DNA from: Macrostomum lignano
Taxonomy: Eukaryota
NCBI GenBank assembly: GCA_002269645.1
Contig: NIVC01002644.1
Location: 1-56,574, forward strand
Length of the DNA stretch: 56,574 nt
Direction of reading: 5' to 3'
Each line of letters opens with the position of its first letter. Position 1 is the first letter of the stretch. Both the position numbers and the translations under genes were made by a program. Below the pieces are notes generated by a model that was not told where the DNA came from, ran no database searches, and saw only the letters and a program-made list of their open reading frames with translations. Shown here piece by piece: positions 11,577 to 23,994 of this stretch.

Positions 11577-13764
11577 TATTTCTATTAGCTTTCAGAATCT
11601 TCCAAGAAAGTGCTAGTATTAAGGAAAATACAAAAACTTTGCTAGCCACGATAATAGAAAAAAATTGTCTTGCGAAATTGTCGTCAACACAGTGACGTTT
11701 TAAATTTTACAACGATATGCCAATCTCTGATTGGACCTTCAGCATCGATAGGTAAAACAAAAAGGTTTGCCAAACCTCATAGACAGCACTTATTTAAGCA
11801 AGAAATATTTAGCTGAATATTATGGATTTTAACTATTGTCATCTTTGTGATTCTTTCGTTTGTTCAGATAGGTCAATGAGGTCAACGGTGTTTTAACTCC
11901 GTTGTTTATGATTTAACGAGCTCTTAATCTGATAACTATTAAATTTAGACGTCTCGATGTCGAAAATAAATGTTAGCTTCAATTCCACTCCACTTGGTAC
12001 CCGCGGCAAAAAAATATGATCGGGTATCGGAATTATTACGCTTAGTTTACGATTACGATTTGTGATAATACTTTTGATTTAGTTTAATTTTTCTTATTAG
12101 TAAGAGTATAAAAACTAACCCGAAGTTCGTATATATAGGCATCATATAGGTTCAGGGGGCATGTAAAATGCAGTTACATGCACATGTATTGAAAACATAA
12201 CAGTAATTGAGAACAAAAAGTTCGGTAATCAATTATATATCTGATGACACCAATGCTCTTTTCTTCTATACATTAATCATGCTTTGAATCTAAGTTTACT
12301 CGTTTACGAAGAAGCCCTAAGTACATGCAGGTTTCCCATGCAGGCCAAGCAGTGCATTATTGCACGCATTTTTCATTGTCCAAAAGTAGATACCTTCAAA
12401 AATAAAAAACACAAGAAAAAAGTATGCATCGATGTAACGAACTGTCGCAAAGGAAGAGAAAACAGATACAATTTTTCTCAAATGATATTTAATCATTTAT
12501 TTTAATTCGGCAAGCGGTGAGTGAAAAGTGAAATGGCTGATAAGCTTCATATTTGTCTCAGCGCATGCTAACAAGCAAGCAAGCAAGTAACAAAACAAAT
12601 CAATCCAAACCAACATCAAAGCTAAACAGAAAATTCTCCGATACAAAAAATCAACGAACTCTGAACGCAATTATAAATACACTTTTAAGCAGTTTTTAGC
12701 TCCAGAAAAAAGAAAGGCGCAATAAAAACGTAACCTATGTTAATCAGACATTAAAATTTCATATCCTATTGAATTGTATCTGAAGGGATAGTAAGGATAA
12801 GATTCGTTAGAAGCATACAAAATTATAAACAATTAATCTTGGTCTCCAGCAAAGTTCAACTGTACTGTCTGTAATGTACTTTTGCTAGACACAAAATCAC
12901 ACGGCACGGCCTGACTGAGTTTTGTTGCATTGTAGGAGAATAACTTTGAAAAAAGCTAAATAATTGATATAGATTATTAATTAGGTTAAATATTTTTTCG
13001 ATTGTACACTACTATGAGTATTACTAACGTACTGTTGAAAAAATTTAAACAATCTAGTTGAAAAACGAAGTCAAAACGAAACGTAGGTGACTAGCGGATC
13101 GGCTGCTGGCTGCTCAACGAATTTGATGCGGCAACGATAAAAAATGGAGCAAAAATTATAACAAAATAATTAAAGTGTATATGCTTAAGTATCAATTTCA
13201 TTATTATATTACTAAATCTTACTAAATCAAACTGATAGAAGTATAAAAGTACTATTAGAGTTCGACCCCTGTTGTCTAGTAGAGAAGCTCGTATTATTAG
13301 AATGAAGCGTGATAATAAGTAGTTAATACAAGCCATTACTATTGTAAGTAGTCACGAGTGTAAAAAAATAGCCAAAAAGCACACAAAAAGTCATTTAACG
13401 CATGCAATCGCATAACAAAATAACAAATTTATAAATGATTAGAAAATCAGAGAGAAAAAAACAGAAAGGGAGAACAGTTGCTAACGATATTCTGTGGATA
13501 AGATATATAAATGTTGATCTTGTGTTAAGCCTTTATAAGCAGGTTAACTATTACTATCAGTAAACACACACACAGGCACTAATAGGCATAGGAGGTAACT
13601 TAACTTTGAGGCAAATATTAAAATCAGCAGCTAACTTATCAACATTCCATTTTAGGATGCAAAGTGGAACAATATGGAACTGAGTGTTAAAAAAGTAGAA
13701 CTAAAAACTGAAATTAATTTTATATATATTGTTTTTTAACTACCGTATGAAACTAAGAATGGAA

Positions 13765-13905
13765 TTAAGGTGTGGGATGGGATGAGAAAGGGGCTTCAGG
13801 TGTGGGATGGGATAAGAATGGGATTTCAGGTGTGGGATGGGATAAGAATGGGATTTCAGGTGTGGGATGGGATAAGAATGGGATTTCATCATGGGATGGG
13901 ATGAA
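13765..13905. repeat. 30-bp repeat (CAGGTGTGGGATGGGATAAGAATGGGATTT), ~4 copies
   Basis: Tandem periodicity just downstream of the GDPD stop. Confidence 0.85.
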
Positions 13906-14066
13906 TAATGCAACAAACCTAGCATATTTTGGTATATATATATAACGCCAGTCAAATTAAAATCAATAATGCCTATCTGTTTATTCTACTAGAAAATAGA
14001 AAAAAATCAATATCAACTACTCATAGTAAGCGAAAGGCGCGAGCCAAAAAAATTCGATACGATTTC

Positions 14067-17000
14067 CTAATCCATTTTGCCACGGCCGGCCAGTCGCTCC
14101 CGCTCCAGGTCGTCCTCGCGCACCCAGTCGCAGGCGCGTCGATAGGCGTCGAGACAGTCGGGATTTGAGTCGATAAACCGGCGCAGCAGTTCGGGCCTGT
14201 CGGTCATGACTCCCTCGCAGCCGGCCTTAAAGTGTTGAATTGAAATATTAATTTTAAAGATGTCTTCAAAAATGGATTATCAATCATCCCAATTTCGATT
14301 TCTAATGATCCCAATTTGGATTCCCATTATCCCCATTTGGATTCCCAATTATCCCAATTTGATTCCCAAATATCCCAATTTGGATTCCCAAATATCCCAA
14401 TTTGGATTCCCAAATATCCCAATTTGGATTCCCAAATATCCCAATTTGGATTCCCAAATATCCCAATTTGGATTCCCAAATATCCCAATTTGGATTCCCA
14501 AATATCCCAATTTGGATTCCCAAATATCCCAATTTGGATTCCCAAATATCCCAATTTGGATTCCCAAATATCCCAATTTGGATTCCCAAATATCCCAATT
14601 TGGATTCCCAAATATCCCAATTTAGATTCCTAAATATCCCAATTTGGACTCGAATTTGACAGGTTTCAAATGCCAGATAAACCTCGTAGATCACCTGAAA
14701 CGCTTTAAGAAAATGCTGCTCCTGATTCAGCACCCAAACGTAGGTGGGCACGCCGCGCTCGTGCAGATGCCGGATCAGCTTTGGCGACATCATCAGTATA
14801 TCGAATATGCGAACCAGACAGCGACCGAACCAGTTAGGATAGGCGGCCGCGAACGGTTCGAGCTCGAGCAGGGCGGAAAGCATCGGCGGCTCAAAAAAAT
14901 CGTCGCTAATTGGCACGAAAGGCAGCAGGCCGGTAGCGTACAGCAGCACGGTGAACAGGATAGAGCGCATCGAGAACAGGGTGCTGACTCGGGGTTCCAT
15001 GGCTCTGAGCTGCCTCACAACCCGGTAAGACCGGTTGCCCCACACCACCGTGTCCTGTCTGGATGGCGGAGGTGGGCAGGGAGGGAGTTCAGCAGGTGCT
15101 CAGGGAGGGAGTTCAGCAGGTGCTCAGGGAGGGAGTTCAGCAGGTGCTCAGGGAGTTCAGCTGATACTCAGGGCTCAGGGAGGGAGTTCAGCAGGTGCTC
15201 AGCGAGTTCAGCTGATACTCATGGAGGGAGTTCAGCAGGTGCTCAGGGAGGGAGTTCAGCAGGTGCTCAGGGAGGGAGTTCAGCAGGTGCTCAGGAAGGA
15301 GGTTCAGCAGGTGCTCAGGGAGGGAGTTCAGCAGGTGCTCAGGGAGGGAGTTCAGCAGGTGCTCAGGGAGGGAGTTCAGCAGGTGCTCAGGGAGGGAGTT
15401 CAGCAGGTGCTCAGGGAGTTCAGCTGATACTCAGGGCTCAGGGAGGGAGTTCAGCAGGTGCTCAGCGAGTTCAGCTGATACTCATGGAGGAAGTTCAGCA
15501 GGTGCTCAGGGAGGGAGTTCAGCAGGTGCTCAGGGAGTTCAGCTGATACTCAGGGAGTTCAGCAGATGCTCAGGGAGTTCAGCAGATGCTCAGGGAGTTC
15601 AGCAGATGCTCAGGGAGTTCAGCAGATACTCAGGGAGTTCAGCAGATGCTCATGGAGGGAGTTCAGAAGGTTCTCAGGGAGTTCAGCAGATGCTCAGGGA
15701 GGGAGTTCAGCTGATACTCAGGGAGGGAGTTCAGCAGATGCTCATGGAGTTCAGCAGGTGCTCAGGGAGTTCAGCAGATGATCATGGAGGGAGTTCAGCA
15801 GGTGCTCAGGGAGTTCAGCAGATGCTCATGGAGGGAGTTCAGCAGGTGCTCAGGGAGTTCAGCAGATGCTCAGGGAGGAAGTTGAGAACCCACAACCAGA
15901 AGGATCACAGAGATCTTGGGTCTTTAGTTAAGATAAAAGCAAGCATCAGGCATCAGATTTGCGATCAATCACTAAACTGGATCAGCATTACGTCCCGTTT
16001 GTGTCATCATTGCTTGCTTCTTGAATACTTTGTTGGTTAGAAGAAAAATATGACTGTTTAATTGATCCAGAATATTGACAAGTGACGGGAAATGAGAAAT
16101 TGGAAAGAGGGAAACCGTAGCCCAGTGGTCCAGCGCGGCGCTCCGATGTGCCAGCGGCCCAGGCTCGATTCCCAAGTGCAGTCACTTGAGTACGAACGCC
16201 TTGAGTGCGAACTCCTAAGGCACAGTGAAGTGTACATGCCTAACGATAAATAAAGTTAGGGCCGCTGTGAGTGCGAGTGTGCGTATGACTGCTTCTTTGA
16301 TAAAGGGGGCGGACGGGGTCAGAAAAAGCAGCCGAACCTTCCATGCTGCACTACGAGTTGTCGAACAGCCTCCAGCAGATCCGGCCGATCCTCTTTGATG
16401 TCGATGTTCAACGGCACGTTGGGAAAAGCGACCAGCACCTCGGCTAATAGGGGGATTCGCCGATCTTTGCCAGCGGTGACGATCAGGCCGGGCTCGAATG
16501 TGACGGCGAGATCTCGGCGAATAGGCGGCAACTCGGCGTAGTTAATCTGGTCGATTCGACCAGACTTGGCGCACAGGCGATTCAAATCGTTGTCGTGAGC
16601 GACTACCACCTGGGAGAGGCCAGGGTGAGCATTGACAAATGTAGGGTTTAACGGAATGTATTTCCAAGGTTAGGAATAGTAGGTTAAGCACTTCAGGAGC
16701 CAACATCCACTCAGTGATATCAAAATCAAAAATACTTATTTATAAAAAACCTAGCCTAGACTAGAATAAGTAAAAATTCAAACGAGGGAGATAGGTGCAG
16801 AAGAGTGAGGGCAAGAGGCAAAAAATAATTTAAACACAAGATATAGAATAGAATAGACAGATAGAAGAGAGGCAGGAGAGAGGGAGAGAGGAGACAGGAA
16901 GAGAGATGGGAGAAATAGAGAGATAGAGGTGGAGATGGAGATGGGAGAGATGGAGGAGATGAAGATGAGAGATGGAGATGGAAGAGACGGAGATGGAGAT

Positions 17001-17448
17001 GGAAGAGATGGAGGAGATAAAGATGGAAGAGATGGAGATGGAAGAGATGGAGGAGATGAAGATGAGAGAGATGGAGGAGATGAAGATGAGATGGAGATGG
17101 GAGAGATAAAGATGGAAGAGCTGGAAATGGATGGATATGAAAGAGATGGATCCAGTCAACAAGCCAGGACAAGCAGCCACGCACCTGTCCATCCCTAGTG
17201 ATCTGGCAGTCCAGCTCCAGCATGTGGGTGCGGTGCTGACTGACAGCCGCTTCAAACGCTTCCATGGTGTTCTCAGCAAGTTCGGCCGCTCCGCCTCGGT
17301 GGCTGATGTGTGCGGCGGCGAAATGTCGACGCTTTCGCCGATGAAGCAGAGTCGGATAGCGCAGCAGCAGGCCAGACAGCAGAGTGTAGGCGGACAGGGC
17401 CGCGGCGGCCGCGACTGCGACTGATGGCGACTGAAACTCCTGCGGCAT
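14067..17448 (-). CDS. GDPD1: Glycerophosphodiester phosphodiesterase GDPD1/GDPD3-like (lysophospholipase D), 4 exons, 352 aa
   Basis: Exons 17448-17185, 16609-16338, 15058-14695, 14225-14067 (1059 nt, in frame). YPTLLH..ISHRGGAAELAENTMEAF, MLELDC, VVAHD, NIDIK, YVWVLN, GVMTD match the GDPD1/3 family. Confidence 0.93.
14290..14650. repeat. 22-bp minisatellite (TCCCAATTTGGATTCCCAAATA), GDPD intron 3
   Basis: Tandem periodicity, ~15 copies. Confidence 0.95.
15078..15880. repeat. 24-bp minisatellite (CAGGGAGGGAGTTCAGCAGGTGCT) and shorter variants, GDPD intron 2
   Basis: Tandem periodicity. Confidence 0.93.
15937..16019 (-). ncRNA. SNORD82: C/D-box snoRNA, SNORD82/U82-like (copy A), GDPD intron 2, sense strand
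   Basis: 9-bp terminal stem AAGCAAGCA/TGCTTGCTT; C box ATGATGA (16010-16004); guide GGGACGTAATG; D' CTGA (15985-15982); C'-like GTGATTGA; D CTGA (15949-15946). Guide is complementary to 18S AUUACGUCCC; the +5 rule picks the A equivalent to human Am1678. Confidence 0.85.
16112..16250 (+). mobile_element. tRNA-derived SINE (copy A, internally shortened)
   Basis: A box TAGCCCAGTGG, B box GGCTCGATTCC; 3' end CACAGTGAAGTGTACATGCCTAA shared with the copies at 27490-27652 and 27996-28181. Confidence 0.75.
16850..17145. repeat. GA-rich (GAGATG)n-type low-complexity array, GDPD intron 1
   Basis: Purine-rich short-period repeat. Confidence 0.85.
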
Positions 17449-18327
17449 TTCCGAGGGAATTAAAACTATTGCCAACACTACCTCTGCACGTACCTAATTG
17501 TTTCTGCATAATTGACACTAATTTTAACAAAGCACTGACTAATAATAATAGAACTAAGCGTAATAAAATATTTCAAATAAATTTAGCAGAAACGCCAAAA
17601 CCACAAAATCTGCAGTAAAATCCAATATCGCATTTTTTATGCCGCTAGTAGTTTATTGTATCAAACCCTTGTTTTACTTTGCATGCAAAGAAAATTTCAG
17701 TTTCTAAAGTGGTTATAATAAGTACTCGTAAATATAATGTTAGAAGAATAATAATTAATAATAGATTGACAATAAAAAACAAGACGCAGAAACACAATAA
17801 TTACGTGGCGGTGCTACACAGCACTATGCGCACTATAAACTTTTGTTAGGATCGAAAAAGAAAACTACTACTAAGTTTTAAAAGCTTAACTGAATCTTTG
17901 GATAGTACACTTTAAAAAATAAACTAGGGAAAATGGGCTGCAGATTTTGGTTTCCAATTATGGTTGCAATAAAAGAATTCTACACAGAGAAAAAAACGCG
18001 CAGAAACTGCACAATTATAATTTAAGGTACTTACTACTTTCTAGAGTCATTGGCGAGACTATAAGTAGTATATTCGGGATAGAACTTGCAGAAATACGAG
18101 CCCTATCTAAAGCAAATTTTCTTGGAAACAGTTGCTGTGCACTTTAGGCAAGTGTAACTTTTCTTCAGTAGGATACAAAAGCCGCTGGTTAAAAATTTCA
18201 GACAGATATTAAGCAAACTTCAGACTGAAAAGGCGGAACGATTGCAAACATAATAGCGGGCAGATTTTTACCCAAATTACGCCATTTAGGTGGCGGCTTA
18301 GCAACTGTGGATTTTGGATGGTGGTGG

Positions 18328-18380
18328 CCTAGCAACCGAGCATCCGGGAGGGTGGCTCAGCAACTGAGGATCTGGGATGG
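18328..18380. repeat. Degenerate 2-copy remnant of the 28-bp minisatellite family
   Basis: CTCAGCAACTGAGGATCTGGGA matches units at 6.9-7.8 kb and 53-54 kb. Confidence 0.7.
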
Positions 18381-19660
18381 TAGGCGAAGCCAAGCACTAG
18401 AAAAAAATCTTTCGAAGCTGTGGCCCAACCTGAGAGTGCGAAAGTGCAAAGACAAGACCAACCTATAAGACTTAATAACTTTGAGCTCACTAAAACAAAC
18501 AAGTATGAAGACAACATAGGAGACTGATTTATTTTGCACGCAATAAATAATTTTGATAATTGAAAAGCTTGGATAAAAATAATAAGACATTTAGTTGCAA
18601 AGGAGACACAAATTCTGCACAAATAATTAGCACACTTGTATCCCAAAGTAAGCCAGGTAAAAATTTGAGAATCTTATATTTTTAAGCAAAGAAGTTATTG
18701 TCACAGCTATCAACCTGGCGCATAAATCTCTCCCCCCGAAAACTACCTATTGAAGGGAGACGATTCCTCGTTTCATACTAAAAACATACACAGTTTCAAG
18801 GGCACTAAAATAAAAAACTTAAATAAGCAACAAGAAACGACTGCTTTTTTAAACCAACAAAAATTATACGAAATAGCAATAATCTTGATTTAACTTGACT
18901 TTTTTTCTGATTAATAACAATAAATTGTAAAGACACAAAAGTAAATCGTTTTAAATTCGATAAACTTTTTTTCACAGTTTTTCATTGCCGAACAAATGTG
19001 CATTCAATGAAAAATAGTCAACTTTACATCCCCGGCCTAGGATGTGTGAAGTAAAAATGATTTACTTTTTAAATCCTTTTTTAGCTCCCTCTGACCTTCT
19101 AACCGAAAAAATTATTGCTGCGTTTCCCCACCCGGCAGTGCCCGAGGCTGAGGGTTGAAGCTTATCGATTTTCTGGTCGAACCCCCAGTCCCACCCCCAC
19201 CCCCACCCCAAACCTTCTTGTAGCGCAACAACCTTCGCTGGGTAAGGTTTATCGATTTTCTGATTTTCTAGCCCGTTTTAGTCTAGTCTAGAGCAGTAAA
19301 AGACTAACCCTAACTTTATCGCCACTATTCTCTCCGCCAGTGTCACGCGTGAGGTGGTCGACTTTTTTTATCGATTTTTTAATCGGCACATCCATCCTAA
19401 CCACTCCACCCCCCTACCCCCACTTTAATCGTTGCTTTTCTCTCCGCCTGCCTGAATAGTCTAATGAACTTCACCTAATTATTATGGCCCCTTAAATTGG
19501 ACTTAATTTTATGATATACGAAGACTAAAGATCACCCCTAATGCATATGCAAACGTAATCTAAAAATAAGCTTAACGTAACCCAACTTATTCAAGCCAAA
19601 AAGCAATCTATCAATAACACAATAGATTTGATTAATTTCCTGGACACAAATAAAACCAAA

Positions 19661-22600
19661 TTATCCGAATGAGAAGCTGAACCCGGGCATGCCGCCAGCG
19701 CCGCCACCGCGATGATGACCGCCGTGGAAGTGCTGCTGCTGATGAAACGACGGGAATCCGCCGCCGCCGCCGCCGCCGCCAAAAAATTGCGCAAAAATCT
19801 GGTTAGGATCCATGCCGTTGAAGCCGCCGGCTCCACCCTGCTGCATGTCTTCAAGATCTTCGCCGGCGTCGTAGCGTCGACGCTTCTGCGGATCAGTTAG
19901 CACGGAGTAAGCCTCGCCAACATCTTTAAAAGCGGTCTCTTCGGCTCGTTTCTGTTCCTCTGTGGCGCTCGAATGCCGATCCGGATGGTGCAGCAGCGCT
20001 TTCTTTTTGTAGGCTCGCTTGATTTCGTCGTCGCTGGCTGTTTGGCCAACGCCAAGGATCTTGTAGTAGCATTTCCGTTTAGACTTTTTCAGGGCTAGTT
20101 GAGCCTCCTGGACGGATGAAAAAATCTCTTTTATCAACTATCTACGACTACGAGAACAATTTAAACGTATATCGTATATACGCTGTATTTTTACTGAAAA
20201 AATATCCAAAACTGTACATGTATTTATGGTGTCTTCTCAATCGCCCTAGGATTTACACACAGCACAAACCACAAAGCCTATTCTCAACACGAAATTCATG
20301 AACTCTAAGCATCTATAAGTTCCTCTCAGTTCTTTTTATGCCACCCATGACTGAGAGCCTTCGTCAGTTAGTCATAGCCACACGCTGTCCAATCCAACCA
20401 CTTAGAGTGTACAAGCCATTTCTTTTATGACGGAATTTTTCGTACTATGTGAGAGACTTTACGATTCAAATCTTTATTTGTCTACTTTTCTCAGTAGTCT
20501 AATTTGAATCTTTCACGTTAACACATGATAATAAACTTATGAAGCCGATGTAAAATCACACAAATCACCTGTAGAAAGGCCCGATTCTCCCTACTGGGAT
20601 GCCGCCGTTGCAGTTCTTCGCAGGTCTTTACAGCCTCTTCGAATTGTTCCAGACGTTGTTGCACCTGGGCTAGGCGTTTCATAGCGTTAGCATAGTCCGG
20701 TTGTAGATTTAAAGCGGCCTGACAGTCCTCGAGTGCCTCCTGCAGCCGGTCGAGATGGAGCAGGCTCAGGGCCCGGTTGCAGTGCACCTGGATGGGGTTG
20801 GGACACAAAACATGTCTATTTTTTGCTATTTGATTTCGAATGGGATGAAATGGTATACTGGGTTCAAATTCAGGGTGTCAAATTGAAAACCAGGATCAGG
20901 ATGTCAGCTGACCTCAGTCAAGAAAAGTTCAAAATCAAATAAAACACCAACATCTCTACTCTACCATTTACACAACTAAAAAATGTGGAAGTTAAATAAA
21001 CCAACAATACAGCTATCATATTAACCTTGGCATTGTAGGCGTCGTGCTTAGGATCAATAAGCAGGGCATTTGTGTAAGCTGTACAAGCCGCTTCGTAGTT
21101 TTTGTCTTTAATCAGCGAATTTGCCTCGTCCTTAGCCGCGGCCAGTCGTTTGCTCCGTTTAAAAGCCGCTTTAGCTTTCTCGCAGTCCGGATTCATTTTC
21201 AAGGCCTGGGCGAAATGCTGCTGAGCTTTCTCGTGCATCTCCTGATAGTAGAGCGACAGGCCGCGCAATAGCAGCAGCTCGGAGGCCACCTCGGGCCCGC
21301 TGGAGTCCAGCCGGACTAAGTCGGTGGTCAGCATCGCCGCTTCGTCGTGTCGGCCTAGTTCAATTAACAGTTCGGCTCGGCGAAGCCTCAGTCGAGTACT
21401 GTGGGGCGCGCTCTGGAGGCACCTGGAGTGTCGGCAGGAATTTTGGTATCTAACCCGATGAAATTAACAGTAACCGCTGCCCTAGAGTGGTTGCTGGTAA
21501 CACAGGTAAAATAGGAAAGAAGTTTAAAGAATTGACCCTAGACGACTCTAAAACGACGAGATGTCACGGTAAAAGTCTCCAAAAAAGACAATTGAAGGCT
21601 CTGGGGCCGCAGAGTCGCATCTGAGGCGTGCCAGAGTCGCTGCAGAATCACCGAGTTGCGTCTGAAGCGCATTTGCGTCACTTTATGAATTCGAATAGCA
21701 TTTCGCATTTATAACAACTCTATTTAGACTACTTGAGTCAGTAGAAAGTTAAGAAGATTCTTGGACGACTTTTACGATTCTGCAACTCACGTGATGCGCT
21801 CGTGACTTAACAGTCAATTGATTGTTTGAGTCGTTAAAAAGTCAAGTCGCCCCAGAGTCGCTAGAGTCACTAGTGAGCTGTTTGCAATGACTCTTTAGCG
21901 ATTCTTGTCACGGTAACGTTTAAGCCAGAACAAGGCAAGGCAAGGCCAAACAAAACACTTTCTATTTTTCATACTCGACCTCAAAACGCCTGAGGTTGGA
22001 GGCACACTAGCCCCAAATGAATGTGACTGTGCACGGATTCAAACTAGGGGTGGTGGTGGAGCCAGACAGGTTTATCGGTGAGCTGCTCTGCCCCCCCCAT
22101 AAATAAGATTCTCATGGCGAATGGTAAAGGATACCTGTCCAAGTGATACAGCGCAGTGCGAGCATCGCCACCACTAAGCCGCTTCTCAACGCTCGACAGC
22201 TGATCCTCGATGTCCTTCAGCATCAACAGTTGCTGTTCGGCCTCGTGGCAACTGGAATCGAGCACCAGAGCCTTCTGAAAGGCGATGACCGATTCGGAGA
22301 ATTCGCCAAGATTGAGCAGCACTTTGCCTAATCGTAGATAGCCTTTGAGAAAGTTCGAATCGATAGAAACACTTGTGCGGCAGTCCTTCAGCGCATCCTG
22401 GAATTGGGAAATTTGATCAAAGGCGATTCTTACTTGGGATCGAATAGATCAGGGGCGATTCTTACTTGGGATCGAATAGATCAGGGGCGATTCTTACTTG
22501 GGATCGAATAGATCAGGGGCGATTCTTACTTAGGATCGAATAGATCAGAGGCGATTCTTAACTGGGATCGAATGTATCAGAGGCGATTCTTACTTGGGAT

Positions 22601-23994
22601 CAAATAGTTTAGGGGCGATTCTTACTTGGGATCAAATGGATCAGAGGCGATTCTTACTTGGGATCCAATGGATCAGAGGTGATTCTTACTTGGGATCAAA
22701 TGGATCAGGGGCGATTCTTAACTGGGATCGAAAGGATCAGAGGCGATTCTTACTTGGGATCAAATGGATCAGAGGCGATTCTTACTTGGGATCAAATGGA
22801 TCAGAGGCGATTCTTACTTGGGATCAAATAAATCAGGGGCGATTCTTACTTGGGATCAAATGGATCAGGGGCGATTCTTACTTGGGATCCAATGGATCAG
22901 GGGCGATTCTTACTTGGGATCAAATGGATCAGGGGCGATTCTTAACTGGGATCGAATGGATCAGGGGCGATTCTTACTTGGGATCAAATGGATCAGGGGC
23001 GATTCTTAACTGGGATCGAAAGGATCAGAGGCGATTCTTACTTGGGATCAAATGGATCAGAGGCGATTCTTACTTGGGATCAAATAAATCAGGGGCGATT
23101 CTTACTTGGGATCAAATGGATCAGGGGCGATTCTTACTTGGGATCCAATGGATCAGGGGCGATTCTTACTTGGGATCAAATGGATCAGGGGCGATTCTTA
23201 ACTGGGATCGAATGGATCAGGGGCGATTCTTACTTGGGATCAAATGGATCAGGGGCGATTCTTAACTGGGATCGAAAGGATCAGGGGCGATTCTTACTTG
23301 GGATCAAATGGATCAGGGGCGATTCTTACTTGGGATCCAATGGATCAGGGGCGATTCTTACTTGGGATCAAATGGATCAGGGGCGATTCTTAACTGGGAT
23401 CGAATGGATCAGGGGCGATTCTTACTTGGGATCAAATGGATCAGGGGCGATTCTTAACTGGGATCGAAAGGATCAGGGGCGATTCTTACTTGGGATCAAA
23501 TGGATCAGAGGCGATTCTTACTTGGGATCAAATAAATCAGGGGCGATTCTTACTTGGGATCAAATGGATCAGGGGCGATTCTTACTTGGGATCCAATGGA
23601 TCAGGGGCGATTCTTACTTGGGATCAAATGGATCAGGGGCGATTCTTAACTGGGATCGAATGGATCAGGGGCGATTCTTACTTGGGATCAAATGGATCAG
23701 GGGCGATTCTTACTTGGGATCAATGGATCAGGGGCGATTCTTACTTGGGATCGAATGTATCAGGGATCATTGATTGAACTAAGTTTAAAACTGTTAGCAG
23801 TTTTTTACGTGATATCGACTGAGCATGATGTAGGCTGCAGCTCGGTTGCCATAGTAACTGGCCACTCGAGAACTAAGCTCGATCGCTCGATCGTAACATC
23901 GGATAGCATCGGTATATTTCTTCTGAGCAAACAGGGCGTTACCCTCGGCTTTGACTTTCTCAGCCAAGTCTGTATCGCCGTCTGGATCGGACAT
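19661..23994 (-). CDS. DNAJC7: DnaJ homolog subfamily C member 7 (TPR repeats + C-terminal J domain), 5 exons, 503 aa
   Basis: Exons 23994-23809, 22397-22135, 21422-21026, 20787-20569, 20107-19661 (1512 nt, in frame). [16 protein letters not shown] TPRs; [15 protein letters not shown] domain with HPD. Confidence 0.95.
21605..21921. repeat. Dispersed GANTC-rich repeat in DNAJC7 intron 2; inverted copy at 43239-43590
   Basis: Reverse complement of 21860-21921 matches 43239-43300 almost exactly; homology continues for ~300 bp. Confidence 0.8.
22420..23770. repeat. 32-bp minisatellite (GATCAGGGGCGATTCTTACTTGGGATCAAATG), ~42 copies, DNAJC7 intron 1
   Basis: Tandem periodicity. Confidence 0.95.

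Noticed and set aside
16112-16195. Functional tRNA gene (also 27996-28065)
   Set aside because: A/B boxes are present but there is no closable acceptor stem or clean anticodon arm; it is followed by a shared non-tRNA body, so it is called a SINE.
19150-19420. Three TTATCGATTTT motifs with C-tracts (DRE-like / G4 potential)
   Set aside because: Imperfect DRE, irregular spacing, no supporting context.
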